Shown here: piece after piece, positions 1-8,784 of the stretch
Numbering within the stretch: the stretch's first letter is position 1
Layout of the letters: the number at the start of each line of letters is the position of its first letter
IMG/VR virus record: IMGVR_UViG_3300049436_000151
Coordinates: 1-48,106 of that record
DNA length: 48,106 nucleotides
DNA from: a virus
Lineage: Duplodnaviria; Caudoviricetes
Strand: one strand, 5' to 3'
The notes under the pieces: model-generated
Database searches by the model: none
What the model saw: only the letters and a program-made list of their open reading frames with translations
Told to the model about the DNA's origin: nothing
Position numbers and translations under genes: made by a program

Positions 1-231
1 TCACCCCTTGGGTGGAAACGGGTCGTCGCCGTAGCTGTTGCGCTCACGGATCTGCCCGTCTCGTCCCTGGATGAGCAACTCACTCTGTTGGTTAACGGCG
101 ATGCCCCTCGCGCGGCCAATCGCCTCTCGCTGCGTATCATGGATCGATGTGATGCGTTCGTTACCTTCTCCGCGAACACCCCACTGATCACCGCCATTGA
201 TGGGTACAACCCATTGGTTCTTTCCGGTCAT
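1..231 (-). CDS. DUF2188 family small protein
   Basis: QWVVP..WGVRGEG..R...HDTQREAI..AR.IA....SELLIQGRDGQIRERNSYG.DPFPPKG pattern typical of DUF2188. Confidence 0.8.
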   Translation of the reverse strand: MTGKNQWVVPINGGDQWGVRGEGNERITSIHDTQREAIGRARGIAVNQQSELLIQGRDGQIRERNSYGDDPFPPKG

Positions 232-357
232 GTCAAATACTCCAAGAGATGAAAAAAGTACAGGCTCTGGAAATCAGCGCGAGCCTGGGCGCATCGCGTA
301 TTGGGCTTATGTCATGAATCTCCTTTCTTGATGTCTGGTTTCATGGGGCCGTAGCGA

Positions 358-1311
358 TCACCCCAACGCACCTGCTGCGCACGGCATCGAGTACAGCCCT
401 GAACGTTGCTGCGTGACCACGAGCGCACCGTAGGCCGCGTGCTGCGCCTCGGGCTCTGGCTTGCACTTGTCCTTCTGCTTGATCTTGAACAAATCGCTCG
501 GCTTGGCGCTATCCAGACCCGCTCGTTGCATGATCCGTTCCGCCGTCGTGGCTCCCCCTTTGAACGACCACAGCGCTGCGAACACCTTGGCCTGACCGTC
601 GGTGAATCGGATCGCAGTGCCATTTCCATCCGGCAGCGTTGCCCATTTGAAGTCCGCCGAGAACGGCCCGTTCACCGGCGTGGCTGGATCATCAACTACT
701 GGTTTCGTGGATGGTGATGCACTGCCGATAAACGAGATCCCGCCACCGTAGAACGTGAAACGTTCCTCCAGCGCCAGCCACTCCACGCCAATCCCGAATG
801 GCGATCCACGCGTGGTGCGTGGCCTTGGTGAAATCACGCGGATGTCGCCACTGGGTACCCGCACCCGATCCAGCAGTGCGGGCTCTTGCCATACCCGCGT
901 CAGGTCGCGGGCCAACAGCACGGGCGAACGGCGAGCATCGCCAAGCCGCCATACCCCGTCGCCCAGATCATCGATGCCGTCGCGACTCTCGATCCCGAGC
1001 GCGAGACGCATTTTCTGCCGCAGCCAATCTTCGTCCAGGGTCAGTGCCGCGACGTCGTCGGTCTCGACGGTGACCGGCCCGCAATCCGGGCAACGGCACA
1101 CTCGCTCGCCATGACCGTCGCCCCAAACCTGCGCCCGATGCTGCTGGCAGTGGGGACAGAGCACGAATTGCGGATCCAGCGTCGTCGGTTTGATCGCCTT
1201 GCCGAGAATGGACAATGCGCCCGTCTCACGCGGCGAAAGTGTCGCGCGCAGCACCGGCATGCCGCCGGTGAACAACCGGCAGACCAGGGCCCAGGCATCG
1301 TGCCCCGTCAT
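358..1311 (-). CDS. Uncharacterised protein with Zn-ribbon (CPHC...CPDC) and possible C-terminal winged helix
   Basis: 317-aa ORF with two CxxC pairs; the C-terminal FTDGQAKVFAALW...TAERIMQRAG segment looks DNA-binding; starts 3 nt after the upstream gene's stop. Confidence 0.65.
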   Translation of the reverse strand: MTGHDAWALVCRLFTGGMPVLRATLSPRETGALSILGKAIKPTTLDPQFVLCPHCQQHRAQVWGDGHGERVCRCPDCGPVTVETDDVAALTLDEDWLRQKMRLALGIESRDGIDDLGDGVWRLGDARRSPVLLARDLTRVWQEPALLDRVRVPSGDIRVISPRPRTTRGSPFGIGVEWLALEERFTFYGGGISFIGSASPSTKPVVDDPATPVNGPFSADFKWATLPDGNGTAIRFTDGQAKVFAALWSFKGGATTAERIMQRAGLDSAKPSDLFKIKQKDKCKPEPEAQHAAYGALVVTQQRSGLYSMPCAAGALG

Positions 1312-1314
1312 CGA

Positions 1315-2550
1315 TCAGTCCTCCAGCACCGGCGACGATTTCATCGCATCCGTTTCCGAAGGAGGCTCCTGAACGCTCAAGGTCTGGCCCTTCTGCAAAA
1401 TTCCCACCGCGACCAGATAGCCCTCCAGTTGCGCCTGCATCTTGGCGTCGAACTTATGCAGGTTCAGGCGCCCCTTGCTGGTCACTTCGATGGTGACCAC
1501 CTTGGGACGTGTCCTTCCTGGTTCGGGCGGGTAGTACAGATTGACCTGTGCCGCCGTCACTGCCCACTGGCCTTCCAGCGGGCCGGGCAGCTTCTCCTTC
1601 AACAGTTCATGTACGGAGCGTTGCTGGCTGGACTGCATCGCAGTGCAGTCGATCTTCAGTGCGCTGTCCGGGCTGAGGAGTGTGAGTGCCTTGAGTTGAA
1701 CCATCGAGAACCCATCTTCGAACGCTTCCTGCACGTCGAAGCCGGTGCGCAGCATCGATAAATCCAAGGTCGGCGACTTGATCCGGTGTGCGTTTGCTTT
1801 GACGCCCAGCACATGCTCGGCGAAGGCCTCGACCAGCATCTGCTGGTATTTCGCGCCGCCCCGCACCAGAGTCCGCACCACGCCGGTGGCCTTGGCGTAC
1901 TCAAGCACCATGTGAATATTGGGATTGCCGACGCGGCGCTTCAGGGTCGAGCCCTCGAACTCCAACCTCAGCATGGCCATGTCCTTAATGTGGACGGACA
2001 GTAGGAACACGCCAGGACTGCGCTCGATCAAGTGCGCCTCGCTGCCGTCACCACATTGCAGTTCGCGCTTGTAGAAGGCCGAGATTGCCTGGCGAAGAGC
2101 AACCAGCGCGCTGTCCGCTGTGTTCGGCTGACGTTTCAGGCCCAAGTCGTATTGCTGGGTCTGAGGCCCGTGGTTTTCCCAGAAGCTAAAATCGTAGGCA
2201 CGGTCGAACAGTGCCGGATGGTGGACGTAAAGCCAGAACGAGCGGTGAATGTCGCTTTGGCACAGCGTAAGTCCCACCAGCGCGGCACCGTCTGCTACAA
2301 CGGCTTCGAACATCGCCTGCTTGCCCGCCGCATCGCCCAACTGGACGCTGGCTAGGAGGTTGGCAGTCATCCGGTCGCGGGCGTCGGTGTCGGGCCAGAT
2401 TTTGACCGCCTCGACCAAGATCTGACTGGTCTCGGGCGTATCGTCCCATGCAAAGCCGTCAGGCACTGGCAGGCCGTGGGAGGTCAGGAAGTCGCGTATC
2501 GTGGTGTCCACCGGCAGCTCGAGCATCACGTCGACAAAGGTCTTCTTCAT
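1315..2550 (-). CDS. Uncharacterised ~411-aa protein
   Basis: Long ORF; the ATG at 2550 (MKKTFV) has an AGAAAGGA SD-like sequence and is preferred over the 2607 start. Confidence 0.7.
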   Translation of the reverse strand: MKKTFVDVMLELPVDTTIRDFLTSHGLPVPDGFAWDDTPETSQILVEAVKIWPDTDARDRMTANLLASVQLGDAAGKQAMFEAVVADGAALVGLTLCQSDIHRSFWLYVHHPALFDRAYDFSFWENHGPQTQQYDLGLKRQPNTADSALVALRQAISAFYKRELQCGDGSEAHLIERSPGVFLLSVHIKDMAMLRLEFEGSTLKRRVGNPNIHMVLEYAKATGVVRTLVRGGAKYQQMLVEAFAEHVLGVKANAHRIKSPTLDLSMLRTGFDVQEAFEDGFSMVQLKALTLLSPDSALKIDCTAMQSSQQRSVHELLKEKLPGPLEGQWAVTAAQVNLYYPPEPGRTRPKVVTIEVTSKGRLNLHKFDAKMQAQLEGYLVAVGILQKGQTLSVQEPPSETDAMKSSPVLED

Positions 2551-2670
2551 CTTGTTTATCCTTTCTGGATCGGCGTCGGAGGTCTGCGACCGATGTTCGG
2601 AATGCACTCGCCAGCGACATGGTTACTGAACACGTACCTCCAATAAGTAAAGCTGCGAGATACAAGCGCG

Positions 2671-2699
2671 ATTCTGAACCGCAGATTTCCGCTTGTCAA
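2671..2699 (-). promoter_or_regulatory. Leftward sigma70 promoter (TTGACA-N17-CAGAAT)
   Basis: Perfect -35 (reverse complement of 2694-2699), 17-bp spacer, -10 CAGAAT (2671-2676); overlapped by the inverted repeat ACAAGCG 2662-2668 / CGCTTGT 2690-2696. Confidence 0.65.
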
Positions 2700-2714
2700 T
2701 CAAATAAGCACATC

Positions 2715-2744
2715 TAGACCTTTCATGTATCACGTGGCTATACT
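2715..2744 (+). promoter_or_regulatory. Rightward sigma70-like promoter (TAGACC-N18-TATACT) for the XRE operon
   Basis: Near-consensus hexamers about 50 nt upstream of ATG 2796, which has a GAGGAG SD. Confidence 0.45.
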
Positions 2745-2795
2745 ATCGGCCTTGCTTTCATTCACTGATGGTCTTTCCACTAGAGGAGCACCGCC

Positions 2796-3143
2796 ATGGC
2801 TTCGGCGTTAGGAGTACGCCTGCGGCGTTTGCGCGAGGCAAAGAAATTGACTCTGCAGCAGGTCGCCGACGCGGCCGGATGTACCAAGGCGTACATCTGG
2901 GAACTGGAAATGAAGGATGGCCAACGCCCGTCCGCCGAACGGGTTCAGGCGCTGGCCAAGGTGCTGGGCGTTACGATGGATGACATCATGGGGGAGCCTA
3001 TCCAGAAGGTTCCCGAAGCCAGCCTTGAGGATGTGGCCTTCTTCCGCGAGTACGCCGGGATGACCGACGAGGAGAAGGATCGCTACCGGCAGATGCTCGC
3101 TCTTCTGTCCGGCAAGAAAATCGACGCCGAGAAGAAGCCTTGA
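2796..3143 (+). CDS. XRE-family HTH repressor (ImmR/CapH-like)
   Basis: LRRLREAKKLTLQQVADAAGCTKAYIWELE...RPSAE XRE HTH signature; overlaps the next start codon. Confidence 0.9.
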   Translation: MASALGVRLRRLREAKKLTLQQVADAAGCTKAYIWELEMKDGQRPSAERVQALAKVLGVTMDDIMGEPIQKVPEASLEDVAFFREYAGMTDEEKDRYRQMLALLSGKKIDAEKKP

Positions 3144-4069
3144 GTGCCGCGCCGCTCACCCCTTCGACGACCGCCGCGCGCATCTGGAAACTCCTGCGTG
3201 GAATTTTCGGTAACGAGCTTCCTGTTGCTATTGATCTGGAGGTCGTGCGTGAACTTCTGAACCAGCCAGCTTTCGGCAAAGGGGCGAGTCTCAAGAAGCC
3301 GATGGCGTTCGACGCCGAGAATTTCGAAGGCGCGTTGGTGCGGAATGAAGATCGGCACGAGGAATGGGGCATTTTCTACAAGCCACGACCGAAGTGCCCT
3401 GAACGCGAGCGCTTCACCATCGCACACGAGATGGGACATTTCGTTCTACATCGTGAGGGGAGAGGCCGGTTCCAGTGCGACAAGGCGGGAATCACCTCCG
3501 GTCAGGACGACGGTCGCGACATCGAGCGCGAGGCCAATGCCTTCGCCAGCCAGTTGCTGATGCCGCGCGACAATCTGGACAGGCTCCTGGGCGAGCATCG
3601 CGAAGTCACGTTTCATCGACTCAGCGAAATCGCACGCACGTTTCGGGTCTCCTTCGAGGCGTTGTGCCTGCGCTTCATCGAGATCACCGATCAGCGCGCC
3701 ATCCTGATCCGATGGGACAATGGGTTCCTTGATTACGAGCGACGTAGCAGTAGCGCGCGCAGAACCCGCGCCGGTTACAAAGTTTCTGGCAAGACCCAGG
3801 AACCCGTCGCGGGCTCTATCGCCGCTGACGCTAGCGTCATGCAATGCTTCGACGGCGAAATGCAATCGGCTGCATTGTGGTGCGCGGAGGAAGCGCCGTA
3901 CATGAAGCTGCGCGAATTCAAGCACACCTACACGGATCGTGACCGCGTGATTTCGCTTCTACTGCTCGAAAGCGCCGAGCCGCGCGCATGGGATCGGTCG
4001 TGGCAAGACGGCGAGAGTTTCGACAGCTTTGATCAGTTCGTCTCGAACGGGCAGTCGCCGGTTCGTTAG
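3140..4069 (+). CDS. ImmA/IrrE (M78) zinc metallopeptidase, CapP-like
   Basis: RERFTIAHEMGH (HExxH), EREANAFASQLLMP, then HTH-like LSEIARTFRVSFEA; TTG start overlapping the XRE stop. Confidence 0.9.
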   Translation: MSAAPLTPSTTAARIWKLLRGIFGNELPVAIDLEVVRELLNQPAFGKGASLKKPMAFDAENFEGALVRNEDRHEEWGIFYKPRPKCPERERFTIAHEMGHFVLHREGRGRFQCDKAGITSGQDDGRDIEREANAFASQLLMPRDNLDRLLGEHREVTFHRLSEIARTFRVSFEALCLRFIEITDQRAILIRWDNGFLDYERRSSSARRTRAGYKVSGKTQEPVAGSIAADASVMQCFDGEMQSAALWCAEEAPYMKLREFKHTYTDRDRVISLLLLESAEPRAWDRSWQDGESFDSFDQFVSNGQSPVR

Positions 4070-4078
4070 GCTGAAGCG

Positions 4079-4858
4079 ATGACCTTTTCTGTCTGCGACG
4101 CACTCGAAGAAAACCCGGCACGTTTCTGTGCGGCACTCGCGGTCGTCCCGACTGTAGACGCCCAGTCGCGGCTGCCGCAGTTTACGCAGCCATTGGAAAC
4201 GCACCGGAGCGGAACGATGACGTTCGTGCGATCTGGCGGCAGGAGTTTCGGACTCACCTGCTGGCATGTTGTCGAGACACTCCGGAAGGTCAATGAAACT
4301 GGCAAACATCATCTGCTCAGAACGATGCTGAACGGGTTCTACGTCGTCCATGATCGGTTTATCCAGCCATCGCCATCCTTCGGATCAGCATCGCTCGACG
4401 TCGCAATCCGAGAACTGCACCCAGACTTCGCTAAGTCCTTGGGAAAGGAGGAGCTTCCTCTTGATGACATGCCGGAACTCACAAGCGAAGTCAGATTCGG
4501 ATATGCAGTGGGGTTTCCTGAGAACTTGAAGCGACGTCTCGAAGAGGATGGCGGCTACCGCATCTCCATGCCGCAATGTTCCGTTCTGGCTGAGATCAAT
4601 CGACAACCCAACCAACGATTCACGTTGTACTCTCAGGTTCGTCGTGAATCCGTAGCGCATGAACAATTCAGCGGAATGAGCGGCGGCCCAATTTTCTGGA
4701 GCGACGAAAATCAGTTCGGGATCTACGGGATCGTATACGAAGGCGATGCCAAATCTTCTTCAGAGGACACTGCGGATATCTACGTCTTCGGTGAACTCGC
4801 CACCCCAGACACGATTCGCGGTTGGATTAAGGAAGTGCCCGCGCTCGGCTTTCGATAG
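4079..4858 (+). CDS. Trypsin-like serine protease, no evident signal peptide
   Basis: Triad motifs GLTCWHVV (His), DVAI (Asp), GMSGGPIF (Ser); VGFP motif. Confidence 0.75.
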   Translation: MTFSVCDALEENPARFCAALAVVPTVDAQSRLPQFTQPLETHRSGTMTFVRSGGRSFGLTCWHVVETLRKVNETGKHHLLRTMLNGFYVVHDRFIQPSPSFGSASLDVAIRELHPDFAKSLGKEELPLDDMPELTSEVRFGYAVGFPENLKRRLEEDGGYRISMPQCSVLAEINRQPNQRFTLYSQVRRESVAHEQFSGMSGGPIFWSDENQFGIYGIVYEGDAKSSSEDTADIYVFGELATPDTIRGWIKEVPALGFR

Positions 4859-4947
4859 CTCTCCCGCGCAATTCCGCTAAATCACGTTACGCGGAGTGCC
4901 TCCAGTTTCTAGCATGAGCAGCGTTACCTTATGGAACGCTTGCCATC

Positions 4948-5175
4948 ATGCACAACATCGAACTCATCTCCATTGACGGGGGAAAACCAATCCCCCGACA
5001 CGCGCACGAAGAAATCGCCGACTTGCTCGCTGCAGCATTGTTACGCCTGCGCACCAGAAATTCAGCGTCAGACGATCCAGATAAATCTGGTCATAGAGAA
5101 CCGGTTTGTCTTGGCTTCTCCCACCCACAGCGCGTGAATGCGAACCCCAATCAGCAAGAAGGAGTTCGCCCATGA
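4948..5175 (+). CDS. Small hypothetical protein preceding DUF2924
   Basis: 75-aa ORF whose stop overlaps the ATG at 5172. Confidence 0.5.
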   Translation: MHNIELISIDGGKPIPRHAHEEIADLLAAALLRLRTRNSASDDPDKSGHREPVCLGFSHPQRVNANPNQQEGVRP

Positions 5176-5642
5176 CGACACACGCACCCCTGCCCGATAC
5201 AGCAACAGTTTCGGCTCGCATCGCTCAACTTTCCCTGTTGCCCATGGACAGCATCTGGGCAATGTGGGATGAGCATTTTGATCAGCGACCGAATCACCAT
5301 CACCGTACCTGGCTGGAGAGCCGACTGGCTTACAAACTTCAGGAGCGGGCTTTCGGCGGTCTCAAGGTACCGGTACGGCGCAAACTGGAGAGCATCGGCG
5401 AGACCGGAGTGCTGCCCAAGAATCTTCAACGCGAAGCCGATCGCCTCCTGCCGGGCACCATCCTGACGCGCATCTATGATGATGTCGAACACCATGTTCT
5501 GGTGCGCGGCGTGCGTGACTTCGAATACCGGGGGCAGCGTTTCACGAGCCTGACGGCGCTGGCCAAGGTGATCACCGGATGCCCATGGTCAGGTCCGCTG
5601 TTTTTCGGACTCAAGGCGCGCAGTAAGCAGGAGGCACCATGA
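5172..5642 (+). CDS. DUF2924 family protein
   Basis: RLAYKLQERAFGGL, PGTILTR.Y, FEYRG..FTSLTALAKVITG..WSGPLFFGL; ATG 5172 after AAGGAG. Confidence 0.88.
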   Translation: MTTHAPLPDTATVSARIAQLSLLPMDSIWAMWDEHFDQRPNHHHRTWLESRLAYKLQERAFGGLKVPVRRKLESIGETGVLPKNLQREADRLLPGTILTRIYDDVEHHVLVRGVRDFEYRGQRFTSLTALAKVITGCPWSGPLFFGLKARSKQEAP

Positions 5643-7057
5643 GAGCGAACCGCACCATGGCAGCGCCTTCGCAGCCTATCGTCCCCAAAAAACGCTGCGC
5701 CATCTATACGCGAAAGTCCACCGACGAGGGATTGGACCAGGAGTACAACAGCCTGGAAGCGCAGCGGGATGCCGGCTTGGCATTTGTCGCCAGCCAGCGT
5801 CACGAAGGCTGGGTTGCTGTTGGTGATGGCTACGACGACGGCGGTTACTCCGGCGGCAACTTGGATCGTCCCGGCCTCAAACGCCTCATGGCCGATATCG
5901 AGGCCGGCGAGGTCGATATTGTCGTGGTGTACAAAATCGATCGCTTAACTCGAGCCTTGTCAGACTTTGCCAAACTGGTCGACGTGTTTGACCGCAACGG
6001 CGTGTCGTTCGTCTCTGTCACCCAGCAGTTCAATACCACCACCTCCATGGGGCGGCTCACACTCAACATCCTGCTGTCCTTCGCGCAGTTCGAGCGCGAG
6101 GTCACCGGCGAGCGTATCCGCGACAAGATCGCCGCGAGCAAGGCCAGAGGCATGTGGATGGGCGGTATGCCACCACTCGGCTACGACGTCGTCGAGCGAA
6201 AGCTGATCGTCAATGCCGCCGAAGCCGAGCTGGTGCGCGGCATCTTCTGCCGATATGCCGAGCATGGTTCTGCGGCGCAGCTTGTCCGTGAGCTTGCCAT
6301 CGAAGGCCAGACCACGAAATCCTGGGTCACGCAGGGTGGTCTTCATCGCCCTGGCCGACCGATCGATCAGCAATACTTGTTCGCCATGCTGCGCAACCGC
6401 ATCTACCTTGGCGAGATGGTGCACAAGGGCGAGAGTTATCCGGGGCAGCACCACGCGATCGTTTCTCCAGAACTCTGGAATGCCGCCCACGCTTTCATCG
6501 AACGGCGGAAGCAGGGTCCGCGCGAGCATCGCACCGAACACCCAGCATTGCTGGCGGGTCTGTTGTTTGCACCCGATGGGCAGCGCATGATTCACCATTT
6601 CACCAAGAAGAAAAACGGGCGCCTCTACCGCTATTACGTGCCCTACCTGCACAAGCGGCGAAATGCCGGAGCCACGCTGCAACCAGGGGCTACGGATATG
6701 GGTGCGTTGCCCGCAGCCGAAATCGAGGCTGCAGTTCTGGAGCAGATCCACCTGGCCCTACGCTCACCAGAGATTTTGGTGGCCACGTGGCGTTCGTGCC
6801 AGAGGCATGCTGTGGGCGCCGATCTCGATGAAGCTCATGTGGTGATTGCCATGCAACGCATCGGCGCAGTGTGGGAACAACTCTTTCCGATCGAGCAGCA
6901 GCGCATCACCCAACTGCTGATCGAGCGTATCCAACTGCACGGGCAAGGACTGGATATTCTTTGGCGCGATGATGGTTGGCTCGGCCTGGGGGCTGACATT
7001 GCCTCACACCCCTTGGTCGAGGAGATGAAGGAATCCACAGAGGAGGCGTTCGCATGA
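5639..7057 (+). CDS. Large serine recombinase (integrase)
   Basis: RCAIYTRKST catalytic Ser motif, SGGNLDRPGL, VVYKIDRLTR, recombinase domain (PPLGYD, LRNRIYLG, GQHHAIV). Confidence 0.95.
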   Translation: MRANRTMAAPSQPIVPKKRCAIYTRKSTDEGLDQEYNSLEAQRDAGLAFVASQRHEGWVAVGDGYDDGGYSGGNLDRPGLKRLMADIEAGEVDIVVVYKIDRLTRALSDFAKLVDVFDRNGVSFVSVTQQFNTTTSMGRLTLNILLSFAQFEREVTGERIRDKIAASKARGMWMGGMPPLGYDVVERKLIVNAAEAELVRGIFCRYAEHGSAAQLVRELAIEGQTTKSWVTQGGLHRPGRPIDQQYLFAMLRNRIYLGEMVHKGESYPGQHHAIVSPELWNAAHAFIERRKQGPREHRTEHPALLAGLLFAPDGQRMIHHFTKKKNGRLYRYYVPYLHKRRNAGATLQPGATDMGALPAAEIEAAVLEQIHLALRSPEILVATWRSCQRHAVGADLDEAHVVIAMQRIGAVWEQLFPIEQQRITQLLIERIQLHGQGLDILWRDDGWLGLGADIASHPLVEEMKESTEEAFA

Positions 7058-7539
7058 GGCAACCAACCAAACCGGGCATGAAGGCCGACAATCCTCGGCT
7101 GCGGATGGTTCGTATCGACATCGGTGGCGATGCACGCAACTACACCACCGGCCAACAGCGGGTGACGGTAGTACCGCTCACCATCCGCCGCAAGCAGAAT
7201 CGCAAGGTCATGATTCCGCCGGCCGGTGATGACTCTGTGCTGGGTGCCGGTGGCCACGATTTGCCGATGATCAGGATGTTGGGCAAAGCTTTCTACTGGC
7301 AGCGCCTGCTCGATGAGGGGCGCTATCCCACCGCGAATGACTTGGCCCGCTCATTGAAGCTCGAGCCTGGTTGGGTGGCGGAAGTTTTGCGCTTGACCAC
7401 GCTGGCACCCGACATCATCGAGTCCGTCCTTGAAGGGCGACAGCCCCGTGACCTGAACCTTCATACCTTGCGCGGTAGGCGTGACCAGCTGCCACGTGAC
7501 TGGGGTGAGCAACGCAAAGCGCTGGGGTTCGCGAACTGA
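7054..7539 (+). CDS. Recombinase-associated HTH protein
   Basis: KAFYWQRLLDEG...DLA....WVAEVLRLTTLAPDIIESVLEG pattern seen after such recombinases; ATGA overlap. Confidence 0.7.
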   Translation: MRQPTKPGMKADNPRLRMVRIDIGGDARNYTTGQQRVTVVPLTIRRKQNRKVMIPPAGDDSVLGAGGHDLPMIRMLGKAFYWQRLLDEGRYPTANDLARSLKLEPGWVAEVLRLTTLAPDIIESVLEGRQPRDLNLHTLRGRRDQLPRDWGEQRKALGFAN

Positions 7540-7566
7540 GCCGCTGACGCCAATAAATCTGCCACG

Positions 7567-7598
7567 ACGGCGAGCCCTGTGCTCGCCGTTTCTGCTTC
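7567..7598 (+). terminator. Intrinsic terminator-like hairpin after the integration module
   Basis: ACGGCGAGC-CCTGT-GCTCGCCGT (9-bp stem) followed by TTCTGCTTC. Confidence 0.55.
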
Positions 7599-7610
7599 TG
7601 CGATCCCGGC

Positions 7611-7667
7611 AATGGCGAACCAGAAGTTTCCTCGTGGTTCGCCATTCCGTCCCTCTTATGTTCGCCA
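7611..7667. promoter_or_regulatory. 12-bp inverted repeat plus an extra half-site upstream of the early operon
   Basis: AATGGCGAACCA (7611-7622), N12, TGGTTCGCCATT (7635-7646); further GTTCGCCA at 7660-7667. Confidence 0.6.
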
Positions 7668-7718
7668 CCGAAATTTTCCAATGACACCTGTTCCTCAACA
7701 ACGTCATTGGAGGTTTAT

Positions 7719-7997
7719 ATGCCGACACCGGCAAGCAACATCCCTCGATCGACCCATCCGGCGATCAACAGCCTGGCACCTGGCGACCGCCGGGTCCTGA
7801 ACGAAAACGAGCTTGCACAGCGTTGGGGTCTCAGCCCCAAAACTTTGCAGCGCTGGCGCAGCGAAGGTCGCGGACCTCGCTACCTCAAGTTGTCGAAAAG
7901 AGTCAGCTATCCCCTCGAGGCTGTCATCGACTTCGAATATAGCGCGCTGCACGACTCGACCTCCGAGCGCGTGGCGAAGTCAGGAGGGCAAGCATGA
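7719..7997 (+). CDS. AlpA/excisionase-like HTH protein
   Basis: LNENELAQRWGLSPKTLQRWRSEGRGPRYLKL..RVSY; GGAGG SD before ATG 7719. Confidence 0.85.
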   Translation: MPTPASNIPRSTHPAINSLAPGDRRVLNENELAQRWGLSPKTLQRWRSEGRGPRYLKLSKRVSYPLEAVIDFEYSALHDSTSERVAKSGGQA

Positions 7998-8497
7998 TGA
8001 CTTCCCACACTTCACCTGTCGACATCGAGCAGGCCATGCCGTTGGCCGAAATGAGCGTTGCTCAGATCGCCGCGCTGCCGCCAGCACAGCTGCAAGAGGC
8101 ACACACCAATCTGCTGACCTTGCAGTCCTTGGTCAAGGGCGTGCTCGATCGCTTCCATGCTGCGCTCGACCAGCGTTATGCCGAGCAGGCCACGGCAGTC
8201 AGGCAGGCATCCGGTAAGGATTTCGGCGTCTGCCATCTCTCTGATGGGCCGCTGCGCATCGCGGTCGACGTTCCCAAAAAGGTCGTCTGGGATCAGCCGC
8301 AACTGGCCGAGATCGCACAGCGCATCGCCGCTGCCGGCGACAAGGTCGGCGACTACATCGACACCGACTACTCGATTTCCGAGACCCGCTTCAACGCTTG
8401 GCCCGCGACCCTCAAGGAGACGTTCTCCAAGGCCCGCACCGTAAAACCCGGCAAAACCGGCTACCGAATTGCCCTCGTCCAGGAGCATCACGAATGA
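7994..8497 (+). CDS. Phage early hypothetical protein
   Basis: 167-aa ORF with overlapping start and stop inside the early operon; PKKVVWDQ motif. Confidence 0.7.
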   Translation: MMTSHTSPVDIEQAMPLAEMSVAQIAALPPAQLQEAHTNLLTLQSLVKGVLDRFHAALDQRYAEQATAVRQASGKDFGVCHLSDGPLRIAVDVPKKVVWDQPQLAEIAQRIAAAGDKVGDYIDTDYSISETRFNAWPATLKETFSKARTVKPGKTGYRIALVQEHHE

Positions 8498-8784
8498 AAA
8501 CCACGACCCTGCACCAATCTCTGCAAGCCAAGCTCGGCGCCTATGCCGGCGAACACCTGACCACCGCGATCCGTTATCAGGACCGCTACGGCAATCTGGT
8601 GGAGAAGCCCCTGCTCGACGCCACCCTGGATGAAGTGGCCTTCTCCATCCAGACACTCAGTGCCGAGAGCGCGAGCATCCACCGCCGCCGCAGTGCGCTC
8701 GACAGCCTCTACACTTTGGCCCGGGAGAATGGCTGCCTCGGCTCGGACACGGTGGGCGTAATCGCGGTGGAGGTGACGAAATGA
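8494..8784 (+). CDS. Phage hypothetical protein (~96 aa)
   Basis: ATG 8494 after AGGAG; ATGA overlaps on both sides. Confidence 0.65.
   Translation: MKTTTLHQSLQAKLGAYAGEHLTTAIRYQDRYGNLVEKPLLDATLDEVAFSIQTLSAESASIHRRRSALDSLYTLARENGCLGSDTVGVIAVEVTK

Noticed and set aside
4859-4947. attL in the gap before the integration module
   Set aside because: Only a weak TCCGC/GCGGA inverted repeat; no matching core found by eye near 43660-43850, and serine-integrase cores are too short to call without an empty site
7611-7667. LexA/SOS box reading of the GAAC/GTTC motifs (also the cassette palindrome)
   Set aside because: Spacings do not match CTGT-N8-ACAG, GAAC-N4-GTTC or GTTC-N7-GTTC
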